The translations under genes were made by a program, and so were the position numbers. From positions 5,353,674 through 5,379,378 of the forward strand of contig JANKJI020000001.1 of the NCBI GenBank assembly GCA_024626585.2: 25,705 nucleotides of DNA. Reading direction: 5' to 3'. This DNA is from Ginkgo biloba (taxonomy: Eukaryota > Plantae > Ginkgophyta). The notes below the pieces were generated by a model, which did not search any database, was not told where the DNA came from, and was given only the letters and a program-made list of their open reading frames with translations. This document shows positions 22,859 through 25,705 of the stretch, one piece after another (within the stretch, counting starts at the first letter, position 1; every line of letters starts with the position of its first letter).

Positions 22859-23292
22859 TCTTTCCTTAATGAGGCCAACTATATGTACAAAAGTCGCTAA
22901 TTCCCATGTGGCTTCCACAATTGGCTTATTTGACCATTCCATTAAATGTTCCTCAATTGCCCTATGATGTGGCTTTACTTCGTTTATTGAATATCTCAAT
23001 AGTATCATGCACCNNNNNNNNNNNNNNNNNNNNNNNNNNNNNNNNNNNNNNNNNNNNNNNNNNNNNNNNNNNNNNNNNNNNNNNNNNNNNNNNNNNNNNN
23101 NNNNNNNNNNNNNCTGCCTGCACCTTGGAATTGCCTGGAAGGTAGGAGATGAGAGATGGCGATGGTTGACCATAGACGGCTTCATATGGTGTCATCGTTG
23201 TCGCAAAATGGTAAGAGGTGTTGTACCACCATTCGACAAGAGGTAGCCATTTTGCCCAGTGACTCTGTTGGTGAGAAGAAAAGCAATGCAAA
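22859..23292 (-). mobile_element. Chromovirus (Reina-like) integrase C-terminus plus chromodomain, 5'-truncated
   Basis: CFSSHQQSHWAKWLPLVEWWYNTSYHFATTMTPYEAVYGQPSP; AIEEHLMEWSNKPIVEATWE. Confidence 0.92.
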
Positions 23293-24027
23293 TTGGTAGC
23301 TTCTGGCTAGGCTTGATGACAAACTCCTTTCCAGTGGAACTTATGAAAACTTTTGAGGGTGAATCCGTTATACTAGTTGTTGTCTGGAGCAAAGGGAGGT
23401 GGCAAATAGGGGTAACCATGGCTATGAATATGGTCATCATCAGACCTATGCAAAGATGAGATTTTCTCTGGCATATTCTGTTAATATTGAATTTCTAGCA
23501 CAAGAGTTTTTGCTTCTGTTAGATTCTGTCAACAACCTTGAACAAGCTTAAGGCGTATATCGACGATCAAGTACTCCCTCATGCTAGGCATTGCCATTAA
23601 TGTGGATTCAAGTTCAACCATAGTATTCTCAGAAATTGTCTCTTTCTGATTAGAACCATAGAAATAACACATAAAATCATGAATGCATGCTGTATTTTGT
23701 AGCTATCAGAGTTCATCTTCAGCCTCTCAAACATTTGCTTATTGACACAGGGAGGAAACATGAGCCAAACGTGTTGTCATTCACCCACAGTGGCAGGCTA
23801 ATGACCCAGATACTTATTGCAACACTCTCTAAAACTTGAACCATATACTGTTTGATCTATATGTTGCTTGAAAAGACTTTAATGGTGGCAATTTGTGATC
23901 CGTATCTTAGTGGGTGAGTCAAAATCTCCCAATGTCAATAAATACGGATTCTTGTTTTTAGATTAATTGCTTAAAAACAATTAAAATTTTTGTGTTTAAA
24001 CATGAATGCAGTTCCAACCTATTTGAA

Positions 24028-24435
24028 TGTGGAAAATTCAATGAAAAGAATTGGAAATACACACAAGTCGATACACAAAGATGGTTTTGAACTGGAGAAA
24101 CCCTCATAGGGAAGAAAACTTCAGAATTTAATTAAAAATAAGTACAGAAAAACATGTCTTGGCTCTGATTATGAGATGCAACTCAAGAGTTGTACATGTT
24201 CAGAATATCTCCANNNNNNNNNNNNNNNNNNNNNNNNNNNNNNNNNNNNNNNNNNNNNNNNNNNNNNNNNNNNNNNNNNNNNNNNNNNNNNNNNNNNNNN
24301 NNNNNNNNNNNNNTCACCTTTACAAATGTGGGATATACCCTTTTTAGGTGAAAGTCCAAAAAGTGCAAGTCATCAAGTTGATGAACTAACTAAATGACTT
24401 CAAGTGAAATAAAGTGAAAATACACTAATTCATCA
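24028..24435 (-). mobile_element. Probable Copia-type solo LTR, antisense
   Basis: ctggagaaaccctcatagggaagaaaac (24092-24119) resembles the reverse complement of the gggtttttc...gggtttcccc motif common in plant Copia LTRs. Boundaries are approximate and no TSD is confirmed. Confidence 0.5.
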
Positions 24436-25361
24436 TACATGATAATTGCCACTCATACTAGTCCTTACCTGTGGCAAATATTTGCCACTCATGAAATCTT
24501 GAATGTATTTAATGCATTTAATATTGATATATAGGGATGATCTGATTAAATTCTTGTTGATAGTTTTTTTTTTAAATTGAATACAATTTTTAATCTTCTA
24601 TACATTTAATAATGATTTGACCAATTTAGATGGACGTGGTATTATTATTAGATATTTCACATTCTTTGATAATTTTTATAGTCATTCAATAATGAGGCGT
24701 GGTCCGTCAGACATGCCTATTTTTTCAGAATATGGTATAGATTCAGTTGTAGTAGCTATCCAATTCTGTGGATTTATTTCTCTAGTTACTCTAAGGTTGC
24801 TTCACATTCAGCTTCAAGTGCATGGTAATTGACTGTTGATAGCTACAGTGACTCATAGAAGACCTGCCTTTGGTCATATCCCATTAACTGGGAATTCATT
24901 ATCAGAATTCCTACCGGTCNNNNNNNNNNNNNNNNNNNNNNNNNNNNNNNNNNNNNNNNNNNNNNNNNNNNNNNGTGTTATTTGACAATTTCAAATGATC
25001 TGGTAGTTCCAGATGGAAGATTCACTTTGATATTAAGCCTCTAATAGTTGTTTTGGGAAATGATGGATTGCTGCTGCATGCAAGAGTGTTTCGAGACTTA
25101 AAGTAGGTGCTTTGCAAGTGATAGTATTAGACATGTTCACAATGAGACTTGCTCTGACTCAGCCATGATTACATGTATATGTTGCTCAGTTCCCAGTACA
25201 GTTAACAAGATTTAAAACTGGTATGAACTTCTAATCTTGAATTAATAACCACTGTTACTTAGCTGTCATGTTCAATGGGTCTTCAAATTCTATGCAAAAT
25301 ATTTGGCATCAATTTTTTGCCCATTTACATTTCCCAACCTTTTGGAATATATCATCTGCAG

Positions 25362-25435
25362 ATATGGAGGCTTTTCACCAATTTCTTTTTTTTGGGCCCC
25401 TTTTCCATGAATTTTGGGATTCGCCTCTTAATTAT
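25362..25435 (+). CDS. DER1: Derlin-1 coding exon (probable exon 3), 74 nt, containing the WR motif
   Basis: ctgcAG|ATA TGG AGG...ATT AT|GTGAGT; IWRLFTNFFFLGPFSMNFGIRLLI, matching Derlin-1 IWRLITNLFFLGGFSINFGIRLLMI. Confidence 0.97.
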
Positions 25436-25634
25436 GTGAGTATGAAGTTTAATTAGCTAGCAATAAAATTTAATCGCCATTTCTTTGTCTTATACAAAGG
25501 TAGTGATTGATAAACCAGTGATAATCGGTACAAGTCATTATACTTGACTCTGTTGTATTCAGCCTTGAAGAAAGTTAGTTTTTCAAAATGTTTATTTTTT
25601 TCTAGCCACAAATGTAACGTTTTGAAATATACAG
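25436..25634 (+). other. DER1: DER1 intron, canonical GT-AG, 199 bp, phase 2
   Basis: GTGAGT...tatacAG; joins AT|A (Ile). Confidence 0.95.
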
Positions 25635-25705
25635 AGCAAGGTATGGTGTACAACTAGAAAGAGGTCCGTTTGACAGGCGAACGGCAGACTTTTTCTGGAT
25701 GATGA
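25635..25705 (+). CDS. DER1: Derlin-1 coding exon (probable exon 4), truncated by the window end
   Basis: (I)ARYGVQLERGPFDRRTADFFWMM, matching Derlin-1 ARYGVQLEKGPFERRTADFLWMM. Confidence 0.97.

Larger units (their letters stand above)
11656..25361 (+). other. DER1: DER1 intron, GC-AG type, ~13.7 kb as assembled
   Basis: Donor GCATGT at 11656 and acceptor ctgcAG at 25360-25361. The phase-0 join gives ...KHLQ|IWRL..., colinear with Derlin-1. Length includes gaps. Confidence 0.88.

Noticed and set aside
25268-25456. 62-aa ORF from the track
   Set aside because: It overlaps the DER1 exon in the wrong frame.
1-25705. Novel multi-gene or RT-associated biological system
   Set aside because: All RT, integrase and gag hits are decayed members of known plant retrotransposon families; no intact unknown ORFs or structured RNA partner are evident.

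Overview
Fragmented eukaryotic plant genomic scaffold (about 22 N-gaps, many of roughly 100 N). It is AT-rich and dominated by decayed retrotransposons; the element families and gene architecture suggest a conifer or other gymnosperm (inference). The only intact host gene I can find is missed by the ORF track: three consecutive + strand coding exons of a Derlin-1 (DER1, ER-associated degradation membrane protein) at 11520-11655, 25362-25435 and 25635->25705. They splice in frame to ...(E)YYNSLPPVSKAYGTLCLLTTAGFHMGLINPDYIYLDYNLVTKHLQ|IWRLFTNFFFLGPFSMNFGIRLLI(I)|ARYGVQLERGPFDRRTADFFWMM. The first two are separated by a ~13.7 kb intron with a non-canonical GC donor. That intron is filled with antisense LINE, Ty3/Gypsy and Copia remnants and holds a candidate stop-containing cryptic exon. 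Upstream of the first exon lie sense-oriented fragments of CRM-like chromoviruses, a Tat/Ogre-like Gypsy and a LINE. I see no convincing novel multi-gene system. The best leads are splicing-level features of DER1 (GC-AG giant intron, tandem donor, candidate poison exon) and the flip in TE orientation at the gene. All protein and family calls are motif recognition by eye, not database searches.
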